From an uncultured Candidatus Rokubacteria bacterium (GTDB taxonomy: Bacteria; Methylomirabilota; Methylomirabilia; Rokubacteriales; CSP1-6), in contig CAVVEU010000024.1 of assembly GCA_963747235.1 (NCBI GenBank), positions 608,001 to 672,000 on the forward strand: a stretch of DNA of 64,000 bases. The letters are read 5' to 3'. The translations under genes and the position numbers were made by a program. The notes under the pieces are model-generated. The model did not search any database, was not told the origin of the DNA, and worked only from the letters and a program-made list of their open reading frames with translations. Positions 52,745-62,549 of the stretch are shown piece after piece; position 1 is the stretch's first letter; each line of letters opens with the position of its first letter.

Positions 52745-54091
52745 CTAGAGGAGGAAGCGCATCAGGAGGGTGGCAAGGCCGAGGAAGCAGAAGAAGCCGA
52801 ACACGTCGGTGAAGGTGGTGATGATGACGCTGGAGGCGATGGCCGGGTCCACCCGGAAGCTCTTGAGCAGGATGGGGACGACCACCCCGACGACCGCCGC
52901 CACGACCATGTTCAAGGTCATGGCGACCGCGATGATACCGGCCAGGAGGGCCTGCCCCTTCCAGACATAGGCGATCGCGGCCATGGCCAGCCCATTGGCC
53001 AGCCCGATGGTCAAGGCCAGGGTGGTCTCCTTGCGGGCCACCCGCCACAGGTGCGCCGCGGTCATGTCCCCCAGGGCCAGCCCGCGCACCACGACGGTGG
53101 CGGTCTGGGTGGTGCCGATCCCGCCCATCGAGGCCACGATGGGCATGAAGATGGCCAGGAGGGCGAGCTCCCGGATCGAGTCCTCGAAGACGCCGATGAC
53201 GGAGGCGGCCAGGATGGCGGTGGCCAGGTTGATCAGGAGCCAGACCAGGCGCTTGGGGAAGACGGCCCGGGCGGAGTCGAGGACGGTCTCGTCGCCCGCC
53301 GCGCCGCCGAGGCGCTGGATGTCCTCCGTGGCCTCCTCCCGGATGACGTCGATGACGTCGTCCACCGTGATGACCCCCAGCAGGCGATGGTCGGCGCTCA
53401 CCACCGGGACCGCCACCAGGTCGTACTTGGCGACCAGCCGGGCGACCTCCTCCTGGTCCATGTCGGCGGTCACCCGGACCGGCTCGTCCTGGCGGAGGAA
53501 GCGGACCGGCGCGGCCGGGTCGGCGGTGACCAGACGACGCCAGGGCAGGCTGCCGACCAGATGGTCGTGGTCGTCCACCACGTAGAGGGTGGAGGCGGTC
53601 TCGGCCACCGGCGATTTCCGCACCTGCTCGATGGCCTGGGCCACCGTGAGGTGCTCGTGGACGGCGAGGAAGTCGGGCGACATGAGCCGGCCCGCCGTCT
53701 TCTCGCCGTGCTCGAGGATCTCCTGGACCTCTTCGGACCGCTCCTCCTTCATGAGGTCCAGCACCTTCTCGACCTGTTCCGCGGGCAGGTCCTCGAGCAC
53801 CTGGGCCGCGTCGTCCGGCCGCATGCGATCGAGGATGCTCGAGATCTCACCCTCGTCGAGGGCGCGGGCCAGCTCGTGCAGCGGCTGGTCGTCCAGCTCG
53901 GCGAGCACCGCGCCGGCCGACTCGCGCCCGAGCAGCCGGAAGAGCGTCACCTGCTCGGGCAGCGTGAGGTCGCGCAGGGCGGCCGCGATGTCCGCGGCGT
54001 GCGCGTCCTCGAGCACCTGGCTCAGGCGCTCGCGCCGCCCCGACTCCAGGAGATCGCGGACGGTGTCGGTGAGGCGGGCGGCTTCGGCCAT
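52745..54091 (-). CDS. mgtE: Magnesium transporter MgtE
   Basis: MgtE_N, CBS pair (TAGRLM, GVITVDD), MGG.GTTQ, DPAIAS..ITTFTD. Confidence 0.95.
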   Translation of the reverse strand: MAEAARLTDTVRDLLESGRRERLSQVLEDAHAADIAAALRDLTLPEQVTLFRLLGRESAGAVLAELDDQPLHELARALDEGEISSILDRMRPDDAAQVLEDLPAEQVEKVLDLMKEERSEEVQEILEHGEKTAGRLMSPDFLAVHEHLTVAQAIEQVRKSPVAETASTLYVVDDHDHLVGSLPWRRLVTADPAAPVRFLRQDEPVRVTADMDQEEVARLVAKYDLVAVPVVSADHRLLGVITVDDVIDVIREEATEDIQRLGGAAGDETVLDSARAVFPKRLVWLLINLATAILAASVIGVFEDSIRELALLAIFMPIVASMGGIGTTQTATVVVRGLALGDMTAAHLWRVARKETTLALTIGLANGLAMAAIAYVWKGQALLAGIIAVAMTLNMVVAAVVGVVVPILLKSFRVDPAIASSVIITTFTDVFGFFCFLGLATLLMRFLL

Positions 54092-54099
54092 GAGACGTC

Positions 54100-54405
54100 C
54101 TACGCGGGCAGCGAGGGGCCCTGGGGCGCGCGGGGCGTGGACGACGGCGGGGTCTGGGCGGCGATGAGCTGCGCGACCTGGGTCTCGAGCTGCCGGACCC
54201 GATACCTGAGCTTCAGGATCTTCACCAGCCCGCTCAGCGAGGCGAAGACGACGCCGAGCAGCAGCGAGAGGAGGATGACGAGGGCCAGCGGCATGCCCTG
54301 CACGCTCCAGGCCAGGAACGAGATCTCGACCGGCTCGCGGTTCTGCAGCGCGAAGATCGTCGCCGCGCTCCCCAGCAGGGCCATCAGCAGGTAGATGATG
54401 ATCAT
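54100..54405 (-). CDS. LapA (DUF1049) family membrane protein
   Basis: IFALQN..VEISFL.W, PLALVILLS, basic coiled tail. Confidence 0.8.
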   Translation of the reverse strand: MIIIYLLMALLGSAATIFALQNREPVEISFLAWSVQGMPLALVILLSLLLGVVFASLSGLVKILKLRYRVRQLETQVAQLIAAQTPPSSTPRAPQGPSLPA

Positions 54406-55802
54406 GAGGGGCTGCCCTCCGAGAGTCTGGCGTTGCCGCCGAGCGCCCGCACGAAGCGCTCGATGATGCGCTCCTGGCAGGCGCCGCTCGCGGCCGGATC
54501 GCCCGCCGCGCGGCCGAGCTGGCGCAGCGGGAACACCGCCTTGGCCATGGTCCGGTGCCCGCCCGCCATGCCGAGCTCGCCGAAGGCGGCGCGGGTCACG
54601 TCGCCCGCGCTCCGCACGTAGCCCACGTTGCGGACGGAGACGTGCACCTCGTCGTCCACCACGCCGGAGACCACGGACCACTGGACGCCCTCGGCCTGCA
54701 GCCCGAAGTCGGCGAACTGCGGGATCAGGTCCACGGTGGCGACCCGGCCCAGGTGCGAGAAGAACACGCCCCCGACCACGCGCCGCTTGGCCAGGCCCCG
54801 GGCGAGCACGTCCAGGGCCGCGGGGGAGAGCTCCGGCCGCTCGATGCGCCGGAGCGCGTTGTGGTTGGCGAGCAGGTAGAGATACGTGAAGGCCTCGAGG
54901 TCGGCCTTGGTCCCGCCGCGCTCGAGGCCCAGGGTGTCGGACTTGATGCCGTAGAGCAGGGCGGTGGCCAGCCGCTGGGTGATCTTGACGTCGGCCGCGC
55001 GCAGGTACTCGACCATGATGGTGGAGGTCGCGCCGTAGGACGGGCGCACGTCCTTGATGCGCGCCCGGATCGGCTGCTCGACCGGATGGTGATCGATCAC
55101 CAGATCCACCTCGCCGAAGTGCTTCTCTTCCTCCAGGAACGAGGGCTGCACGTCCACCATGGCCACCCGGTCGAACTGGTCGAGCGCCGCCGCGTCGATC
55201 GCCTCCACCTCGATCTCGAGGATCTTGCACATGGCCACGTTCTCGGGCCGCGTGATGGTGCCGAAGGTGCACATGGGCGCGGAGGCGCGGGTGCGGCCGA
55301 GGAGGGTCTTGAGCGCCAGCGCGGAGGCGATGGCGTCGGGATCCGGGTCGTCCTGCATGAGGATCAGCACGCGCTCGGCGTCGTAGAAGTGGGCGCGCAG
55401 GCGCTCGGCGCGGGCCCGCTGCGTGGCGCGCTCGAGCGCGGGCTGGACGATGCGCTCGCCGAAGGCGGACAGCGGCACCACCGTCGCGTTGGACACGTGC
55501 CGATCGTCGTCGCGCAGCACCAGCAGCGGCGCGTCGGGGACCGCTTCCTTCACCGCCGCGATCACGCGCGCGAGCTGGCCGGCGGGCGCCGCCACCACCA
55601 CTGGCCCGCGCCCGCCCTTGAAGGCCTCGTGCAGGAAGGTCGCGTCCGTCACCTTGCCGGCCACCGCCCGGTCGCCGCGCCGCGCGAGCCGCGCGCGGAG
55701 GCTCGCCCGCGACACCAGGTACAGCGGCCGCTCGCCCGGGAAGGCGGCGGCCGTGACCACGTGTTCGAGGAGATCATCCGGACAGATCAGCACGGCTCGC
55801 AT
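54402..55802 (-). CDS. DHH/DHHA1 phosphoesterase with degenerate TrkA-N-like N-terminus
   Basis: DPDPDAIAS, VD, IDHH, GATST, GIKSDT, SVR, AGGH. Confidence 0.85.
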   Translation of the reverse strand: MRAVLICPDDLLEHVVTAAAFPGERPLYLVSRASLRARLARRGDRAVAGKVTDATFLHEAFKGGRGPVVVAAPAGQLARVIAAVKEAVPDAPLLVLRDDDRHVSNATVVPLSAFGERIVQPALERATQRARAERLRAHFYDAERVLILMQDDPDPDAIASALALKTLLGRTRASAPMCTFGTITRPENVAMCKILEIEVEAIDAAALDQFDRVAMVDVQPSFLEEEKHFGEVDLVIDHHPVEQPIRARIKDVRPSYGATSTIMVEYLRAADVKITQRLATALLYGIKSDTLGLERGGTKADLEAFTYLYLLANHNALRRIERPELSPAALDVLARGLAKRRVVGGVFFSHLGRVATVDLIPQFADFGLQAEGVQWSVVSGVVDDEVHVSVRNVGYVRSAGDVTRAAFGELGMAGGHRTMAKAVFPLRQLGRAAGDPAASGACQERIIERFVRALGGNARLSEGSPS

Positions 55803-55881
55803 GTGGGCCTCGCTCGGGGCGCTCGAGCCCCGGCCTCCTTATTGTCGGCCCACCCGCGGGGGCCGCCAAGCGAAAATCCGG

Positions 55882-56322
55882 TCAGCGGCGGGGGCCCCGG
55901 TAGGCGGCGCGGCCGGCCTTGACGCCCGCCTTGAGGCCCCGCGTCAGCAGGCCCACCTCGCGCGTGATCTTCTTCTGGGACTCGCCGAGCGTCTCGCCGA
56001 GCCGATCGAGCGACTTCTTGACGCTCTGGCGCGCCTGCGCGATCTGCTGCGCCGCCTCCTTGCGCGAGCGCGCGCTGAGCAGCGTCCGGCTGAGCCGGTT
56101 CACCGAGTCCCGGAGCCCCGCCTGGGCGCGGGCCACCTGCGCGGCCATCGTCTTCTCGATGCCGGCCAGGCGCTCCCGGGTGAGCCCGCCCCGGGCCGCC
56201 GTGCTCCGCACGCGCGCGAGGTCCGCCTCGACCTGGGCCAGCCGCGCCTCGAGCTGCGTGATCTTCGCGGGCGGGCGGGCCGCCGCGGTCTTGCGTCGCT
56301 CCGTCATGGGGGGTTCCTCCAT
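55882..56322 (-). CDS. Hypothetical basic helical/coiled-coil protein
   Basis: Fills the gap; TATACT 8 nt before ATG 56322 (alternative ATG 56307 with GGAGG). Confidence 0.6.
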   Translation of the reverse strand: MEEPPMTERRKTAAARPPAKITQLEARLAQVEADLARVRSTAARGGLTRERLAGIEKTMAAQVARAQAGLRDSVNRLSRTLLSARSRKEAAQQIAQARQSVKKSLDRLGETLGESQKKITREVGLLTRGLKAGVKAGRAAYRGPRR

Positions 56323-56356
56323 AGCCGAGCAGTATACTCGGGGGCGAGGCTTCGCC

Positions 56357-58309
56357 GTGATCGCCGAATCCATCTTCTTCCGCGACCTCGCCTACGTGTT
56401 CCTCGCCGCGGTCGCGGGTGGGGCGCTCGCCCGCCTCGCCCGCCAGCCGCTCATCCTGGGCTACGTCCTGGGCGGCATCCTGATCAGCCCGCTGACCCCG
56501 GGCCCCTCGGTCTCCGATCTTCATACGTTCGAGCTGTTCGCGGAGATCGGGGTCATCCTCCTGATGTTCTCGATCGGCATCGAGTTCTCGCTCCGCGATC
56601 TCCTGAGCGTGAAGTGGGTGGCGCTCCTGGGCGGCCCGCTCGGGATCCTGCTGTCGGTCGGGCTCGGCGTCGGGGTGGCCGCCGGCCTCGGCTGGCCGCT
56701 GCTGCAGGGGGCCATCGTGGGCATCGTGATCTCGGTGGCCAGCACGATGGTGCTGGCGCGCCTGCTCATGGACCGGGGCGAGCTGCACTCCCGCCACGGC
56801 CGCGTCATGATCGGCATCACGCTGGTCGAGGATCTCGCGGTGGTGATCCTGATCGTGCTCATCCCGGCGCTGGGCACGCTCGAGGCGGGGCGCCTGCTCA
56901 CGATCGCGATCGCGCTCGGCACGTCGCTGCTGATCCTGATCCCGGCCATCTACGTGGCGGCCAAGGTCGTCCCGCCCCTGATGACCCGGGTGGCCCGATT
57001 GCACAGCGACGAGATGTTCCTGCTCGTGGCCCTGGCGGTGGGGCTCGGCACCGCGGCCCTCAGCCAGGCGGCCGGGCTCTCGCTCGCGCTGGGGGCCTTC
57101 CTGGCCGGGCTCATCATCAACGGCTCGGAGTACGCGCACGAGACGCTGGCCCGGCTCCTGCCGCTGCGCGACGTCTTCGTCGCGCTCTTCTTCGTCACCA
57201 TCGGCGCGCTGATCGATCCGCAGAGCCTCATCCAGAACATTCCGCTCCTCGCCATCATGGTGGCGCTCATCGTGGTGGGGAAGCTGGTGTTGTGGACCCT
57301 CGTGGTCTGGCTCTTCCGCCTGCCCTTCTGGAGCGCGCTCCTGGTCGGGGTGGGGCTGACCCAGATCGGAGAGTTCTCGTTCATCCTCGTGCAGGTCGCG
57401 CGCAGCGCCGGGCACGTGGGCGCCGAGATCTACAACGCCACCCTCGCCGCCTCGCTCATCTCCATCCTGATCAACGCGGCGCTGGTGCGCACCGTTCCCG
57501 GCTGGATCGCCCGGCTCCGCGGCGTGGAGGAGCGGCCCGCGCCGGAGGGCGTCGAGGCGACGGTGACGGAGCACGTCGTGCTCTGCGGCTTCGGCCGGGT
57601 CGGCAGCGCGGTGGGCGAGGCGCTCGAGACCTTCGGCATCCGGTTCGTCGTCATCGAGCGGGATCCGGACATCGTGCGGGGCCTCCGCTCGCGCGCGGTG
57701 CCGTGCCTGTTCGGTGACGCCGCGCAGCCGCGCCTCCTCGAGGAGGCCGGGTCGGGCCGGGCGTCGCTCGTGGTGGTGGCGCTGCCCGAGATGGATCGGG
57801 CCCAGCTCGTGGTGCGGGGCGTCCGCGCGTTGAGCCCGCACGTGCCGATCCTGGCGCGGGCGCACAGCACCGCGGCCCGGGATGGGCTGGCCGACTCGGG
57901 CGCCACCGAGGTCATCGAGCCGGAGCTGGAGGCGGCGGCCACCCTGATCCGCCACGCCCTCCGCAAGCTCGCGCTGCCGCAGCCGCGCGTGCTCGACTAC
58001 CTCACGCGGTTCCGCGGCGCCATGAACCCGGCCGGGGCCGACGCGGGCGGCGGGCTCAGCACCGCGGAGGCGCTGCCCGAGGTGCACGAGGTGATGCTGG
58101 GCGCGGGCGCGCTCAGCGACCAGTCGCTCGGCGAGGCGCGGGTGCGCGAGCGCTTCGGCGTGACGGTGGTGTCGGTGGAGCGGCCGGGCGGCGAAGCCGT
58201 CCTGAATCCGTCCGCGGACACGCACCTGCGCCCGGGCGACCGGCTCCGCGTCTTCGGCCTCCCCGAGCAGGTCGCGGCGTTCCGTCACGAGGCCGGCCGC
58301 GAGATCTGA
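56357..58309 (+). CDS. CPA2 cation:proton antiporter with TrkA-N and TrkA-C (RCK) domains
   Basis: AEIGVILLMFSIGIEF, AST, VEDL, QIGEFSF, CGFGRVG, LNPSAD..LRPGD. Confidence 0.92.
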   Translation: MIAESIFFRDLAYVFLAAVAGGALARLARQPLILGYVLGGILISPLTPGPSVSDLHTFELFAEIGVILLMFSIGIEFSLRDLLSVKWVALLGGPLGILLSVGLGVGVAAGLGWPLLQGAIVGIVISVASTMVLARLLMDRGELHSRHGRVMIGITLVEDLAVVILIVLIPALGTLEAGRLLTIAIALGTSLLILIPAIYVAAKVVPPLMTRVARLHSDEMFLLVALAVGLGTAALSQAAGLSLALGAFLAGLIINGSEYAHETLARLLPLRDVFVALFFVTIGALIDPQSLIQNIPLLAIMVALIVVGKLVLWTLVVWLFRLPFWSALLVGVGLTQIGEFSFILVQVARSAGHVGAEIYNATLAASLISILINAALVRTVPGWIARLRGVEERPAPEGVEATVTEHVVLCGFGRVGSAVGEALETFGIRFVVIERDPDIVRGLRSRAVPCLFGDAAQPRLLEEAGSGRASLVVVALPEMDRAQLVVRGVRALSPHVPILARAHSTAARDGLADSGATEVIEPELEAAATLIRHALRKLALPQPRVLDYLTRFRGAMNPAGADAGGGLSTAEALPEVHEVMLGAGALSDQSLGEARVRERFGVTVVSVERPGGEAVLNPSADTHLRPGDRLRVFGLPEQVAAFRHEAGREI

Positions 58310-58326
58310 CCGGGAGACGCGCTCTC

Positions 58327-59151
58327 CTATCTGAGGAAGCCGTTCCAGAGGGCGAGCGCGAAGGCCGCGACGGTGAGGCCCACCGTGGCCAGCGCGGCCA
58401 CCCGATCGAGGCCGCGCTCCGAGCGATGTTCGCCGTGGCCCACCGCGAGCGCGGCGAGATAGCCGCCCACGAAGCCGCCCGCGTGGCCCCAGTTGTTCAC
58501 GCCCGACATGAAGAACCCGAAGATGAACATCAGCACCGCCCACTGGCCGTACTGCCGGAACACCGCCGTTCCGAAGGCGCCGCCGCGGCTGCGGCCGTAG
58601 GCGACCATCGCGCCGAGAAGGCCGAACACCGCGCCCGAGGCGCCGATGGTCCACGCCCCGCTGGCGATGTTGGAGAGGACGAAGCCCGCCACCCCGCCCG
58701 CGGTGAAGATGACCACGAGTCGGGCGGTGCCGAAGAGCTGCTCGACCGCGGGCGCGAGCTGGCGCACCCACAGCAGGTTGAAGACGATGTGGAGCAGGCT
58801 GCCGTGGAGATAGATCGCGGTGATGAGCGTCCACCACCAGCCCGCCCGCCACGCGGGCTCGCCGGTCATGCCGAGCATGACCAGCGCCCGGGAGCTCGGC
58901 GAGAGCAGGTCGAACGGGCTCCGGAATTGCGCGGCGGCGCGTGGGTCGAGCAGGATGGACGCGACGTAGGCCACCACGCACACGATCGTGACCGCGCGCG
59001 CGAAGTCGAGCCGGCCGATCAGCCGGCTCGCGACCGGGCCGAAGCCCCACAGCCCGGGCCGCCGCGCCCCGCAGTAGAAGCAGACCGCGGCGTCCACGCG
59101 ATTCAGCTTGCCGCAGGCGTAGCAGAGGCTCGAGCCGGTGCGCTGCCTCAG
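58327..59151 (-). CDS. Rhomboid protease with N-terminal Zn ribbon; probable CTG start
   Basis: CYAC...CFYC, HGSLLHIVFN, GASG, GHAGG. Confidence 0.88.
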   Translation of the reverse strand: MRQRTGSSLCYACGKLNRVDAAVCFYCGARRPGLWGFGPVASRLIGRLDFARAVTIVCVVAYVASILLDPRAAAQFRSPFDLLSPSSRALVMLGMTGEPAWRAGWWWTLITAIYLHGSLLHIVFNLLWVRQLAPAVEQLFGTARLVVIFTAGGVAGFVLSNIASGAWTIGASGAVFGLLGAMVAYGRSRGGAFGTAVFRQYGQWAVLMFIFGFFMSGVNNWGHAGGFVGGYLAALAVGHGEHRSERGLDRVAALATVGLTVAAFALALWNGFLR

Positions 59152-60392
59152 GATCGTCCCGGTGGACGCGCGGGGAACGGAGCCTGCGCGTCGAGCCGCT
59201 CCAGGAGGGCGTCGACGTGCACCGCGAACGCCTCGCGGCGGTGGGCGGGCACGGGCGAGCCGGGGATGAACTTCTCGCCCAGCGGGTTGACCAGGACCCC
59301 GCCCTTGCGGACGCGGTAGTCGAGATGCGGGGCGGTGGACAGTCCGGTGCTGCCGACCCGGCCGATGACCTGGCGCTGGCGCACCCGCTCGCCGGGGCGG
59401 ACGTCGATCTTGGAGAGGTGGTTGTACATGGTCTCGTAGCCGCGGCCGTGGCGCAGCGAGATGGAGATCCCGTAGCCGCCGTTCCAGCCCGCGCGGGTGA
59501 CCACCCCGTCGGCCACCGCGCGCACCGGCGTGCCGATCGGCGCCCCGTAGTCCACCGCGAGGTGCGGCCGATACCCGCCCAGCACCGGGTGGAAGCGCGC
59601 GTGCGAGAAGCCGGAGGTGACGCGCGTGAAGTCGAGCGGGGCGCGCAGGAACATCTTCTTCACCGAGCGCCCGCTCGCGTCGTAGTACTCGCGGCGGCCG
59701 GCGGTGTCGTCGAAGGCCACGCTGGTGAGCAGCGAGCGCCCGACGGCTCGCGTACTGCGCGATCAGCACGTCGCCGTAGCCCAGGAAGACGTCGCCCACG
59801 TAGCGCTTCTCCACCAGGAGGCGGAAGCGGTCGCCGGGCAGCGAGTCGGCCGCGAAGTCGAAGTCCCACTCGAAGAGGTTGACGAGCCGGGCGGTGAGGG
59901 CGGGAGCTCTCGCCGAGCCGCTCCATGCTCGCGAAGAGCGAGTCGCGCACGCTCCCCGGTGATCGCGACCACGCGCGTGTCCACGTCGGGTCGCACCGCG
60001 CTGACCGCCCACTGCCCGTCGGGGCCCGGCCGGATCTCGTAGCGCTCGGCGGGGGACCGGGCGTAGCTGATCGCGGCGGGCTTGCCGTCGGCGCCGGGCT
60101 GGACGCTGAGCCGCTCGCCGGGGGCGAGGCGGCGCATGTTGACGCTGCCGCGCAGCGCGGCCACGATCGCCGCCGCGTCGCCGCGCTCCACGCCGGTCCG
60201 GCGCAGCGCGGTCTCGAGCGTCTCGCCCCGCTTCAGCACGATCTCGACGGGCTCGGGCGGGCGCCGGGGCGGGCGGGCCGCGGGCGCCTCGGTCACCGCG
60301 GGCGGGGCGGGCTCGCGCGTGGGCACGGCGAGGCCGATCACCCCCAGGGCGAGCAGGACGGCGGCGGACAGGAGGCAGTAGGAGCGCCTCAT
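59148..60392 (-). CDS. M23 family murein endopeptidase (MepM-like); several indels
   Basis: FEWDFDF, FLRAPL, HPVLG...HLAVDY, YNHL, STAPHLDY. Confidence 0.85.
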
Positions 60393-60424
60393 GGTCTTTC
60401 CGCCAGGATACCGCGAGTGTCCCG

Positions 60425-61627
60425 CTACGCCCCGTACTTGGTGAATCGGAGCGCGTTGGCCATCACGAGCGGCATCAGGTCCTGGGCCGGGATCACCCCG
60501 AGGGAGCCGCCCGCGCAGTCCCGCTCGGTGAAGCGGCTCACCGGGTCGCCCCCGCAGTAGGGGCTCGCCAGGAGCGCGGGCACCCCCTGCCAGCCGTGGC
60601 CCTTGAGGATGGACGGGGTCGCGTGATCGCCCGAGATGGCGAGGACGTCGGGCTGGAGCGCGAGCACGCGCGGCAGCAGCGCGTCGAAGCGCTCCAGCGC
60701 GGCGACCTTCGCGTCGAAGTCGCCGTCCTCGCCCGCCTTGTCGGTGTCCTTGTAGTGCAGGAAGAAGAAGTCGTGCTGCTCCCACTGCCGCTCGAGCGTG
60801 TCGATCTCCTCCGAGAACGTCCCGCCCGTCTTGAGCACCTCCATGCCGACGAGGCGCGCGAGCCCGCGGTACATCGGATACGCCGCGATGGCGGCGGCGC
60901 GCAGCCCGAACGTCTCGGGGAAGAGGGGCAGGCGCGGCTGCTGATCGAAGCCGCGCAGCAGGAGCATGTTGGCGGGCGCCGCGTCGCGCAGCAGCGGGCG
61001 CGCGGCCTCCACGAAGGCGTTCACGAGCGCGGCCGTCTTGTCCGCCTCGGGCGCCAGCGCCCGGACGGGCAGGGGCGGGACGCCGAGCTGCTGCGGATCC
61101 GTCTCGGAGAGCCGGCCGGACAGGTGCCCGCCGCGGAGGACGAGGACGAAGCGGTGCTCCTTCACCGGCTCGATGAGCACCTCCACCCCGTCGAGGCGGA
61201 TCGCGCGCAGCCGCTCGACCAGGCGAACGCAGATCTCGGTGCTGATGCGCCCGGCCCGCCGGTCGGTGATGTGGCCGCGCGCGTCCACCGTGCAGAAGTT
61301 CCCGCGCGCGGCCACGTCCCCCGCCCGCAGCTCGAAGTCGATGCCGAGCGCCTCGAGCACGCCCCGCCCCACCGGATAGCGCAGGGGATCGTAGCCGAAG
61401 AGGCCGAGGTGGCCGGGCCCGCTGCCCGGCGTGATGCCGGGGCCCACGTGGCGCAGCAGCCCGCACGCGGACCGGCCCGCGAGCGCGTGCAGGTTGGGGA
61501 TGCGCGCGGTCTCCAGCTCGCTCTTGCCCGTCGCGGGCCGCGGCAGGCCGCCCAGGCCGTCGAGCGAGCAGAGCACGATCTTGGTGGTGGCGGGCTGGAC
61601 GAGCGCGTGCAGGAACTCTAGGTCCAT
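60425..61627 (-). CDS. apgM: 2,3-bisphosphoglycerate-independent phosphoglycerate mutase, archaeal form
   Basis: LDGLGG, TPGSGPGHLGLFGY, GRGVLEALG, DRRAGR, GDHATP. Confidence 0.9.
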   Translation of the reverse strand: MDLEFLHALVQPATTKIVLCSLDGLGGLPRPATGKSELETARIPNLHALAGRSACGLLRHVGPGITPGSGPGHLGLFGYDPLRYPVGRGVLEALGIDFELRAGDVAARGNFCTVDARGHITDRRAGRISTEICVRLVERLRAIRLDGVEVLIEPVKEHRFVLVLRGGHLSGRLSETDPQQLGVPPLPVRALAPEADKTAALVNAFVEAARPLLRDAAPANMLLLRGFDQQPRLPLFPETFGLRAAAIAAYPMYRGLARLVGMEVLKTGGTFSEEIDTLERQWEQHDFFFLHYKDTDKAGEDGDFDAKVAALERFDALLPRVLALQPDVLAISGDHATPSILKGHGWQGVPALLASPYCGGDPVSRFTERDCAGGSLGVIPAQDLMPLVMANALRFTKYGA

Positions 61628-62532
61628 GCTTCCTTGTTCTCGCCGAAGTCGGCCGGGCACGGCGGGCCCCACACGTAGAGGGAATCCTCGGGCGGGAAAT
61701 CGCGCGGCTCCCACGCGCACGCCTCCGGGATGTAGTCGAGGTCGAAGTAGTACTCGCTGAAGCTGCCCCACGGGTCGCGCAGGTAGAAGAAGAAGTTGGA
61801 GCCGATCACGTGGCGCCCGAGCCCCCAGCCGGGCTGCCACCCCCGCTCGGCCATGCGCACCGCGCCCATCGCGATCTCGTCCACGCTGCCCACCTGGAAC
61901 GAGGCGTGGTGGAAGCCCGGCGCGCGCGAGGAGAGCAGGGCCAGGGTGTGGTGATCGGTGTTGCAGCGCAGGAACGCGATGATGCCCCGCGAGCGATCCG
62001 AGAGCTTCATGCCGAGCGTCCCGGTGTAGAAGCGCATGAGGCGCTCCATGTCGGGGGTGAAGAGCAGGACGTGGCCGAGCTTGCGCGGGGCCACCCGCAG
62101 GCCGCGCTCGGGATAGCCGCGCGCGGCCTCGCGCTGCGTGTAGCCGGGGCCGTTGAGCGTCACCGGCGGGTCCACCGGCGACGCGGGTGCGGCCTCGTCG
62201 CGGACGTTCACCGCGTTGCCGTCCGGATCGCGGAACCAGATGCCGCCCTCGGGGGCCCCGGCGGGCGCGTCCATCTCGGGAACCCCCGCGCTCCGGAGCG
62301 CTCCGCGCACCCGCGCGAAGTCCTCCCCGGGAGCGCCGTAGCAGAGATGATGGAGGCGCTTGCGCGGGCCCCCGTAGAGCAGCACCGTGTCGCGCCCGAG
62401 GCGCTCGGGCCGCAGGCGCACCGCGTCGCTCGAGCCGGTGCCGTCCACCAGACCGAAATCCTCGTAGAATCGCTGCCCGACCGCCTGGTCGGGCACTTCC
62501 AGCGCGTAGTGGAGAAACGAGCGGATCGCCAT
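61618..62532 (-). CDS. Two-domain VOC protein, extradiol ring-cleavage dioxygenase-like
   Basis: LGHVL, HH, FHHASF, GRHVIGSN.F.Y.RDP.G..SEY. Confidence 0.85.
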   Translation of the reverse strand: MAIRSFLHYALEVPDQAVGQRFYEDFGLVDGTGSSDAVRLRPERLGRDTVLLYGGPRKRLHHLCYGAPGEDFARVRGALRSAGVPEMDAPAGAPEGGIWFRDPDGNAVNVRDEAAPASPVDPPVTLNGPGYTQREAARGYPERGLRVAPRKLGHVLLFTPDMERLMRFYTGTLGMKLSDRSRGIIAFLRCNTDHHTLALLSSRAPGFHHASFQVGSVDEIAMGAVRMAERGWQPGWGLGRHVIGSNFFFYLRDPWGSFSEYYFDLDYIPEACAWEPRDFPPEDSLYVWGPPCPADFGENKEAWT

Positions 62533-62549
62533 GACCGCGCGCGCCGCCC

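Noticed and set aside
50165-54394. Very long antisense or alternate-frame ORFs (1409 aa here; also 12847..15507, 14078..16798, 55787..59050)
   Set aside because: Shadow ORFs from stop-codon scarcity at high GC; they overlap recognisable genes and have no motifs.
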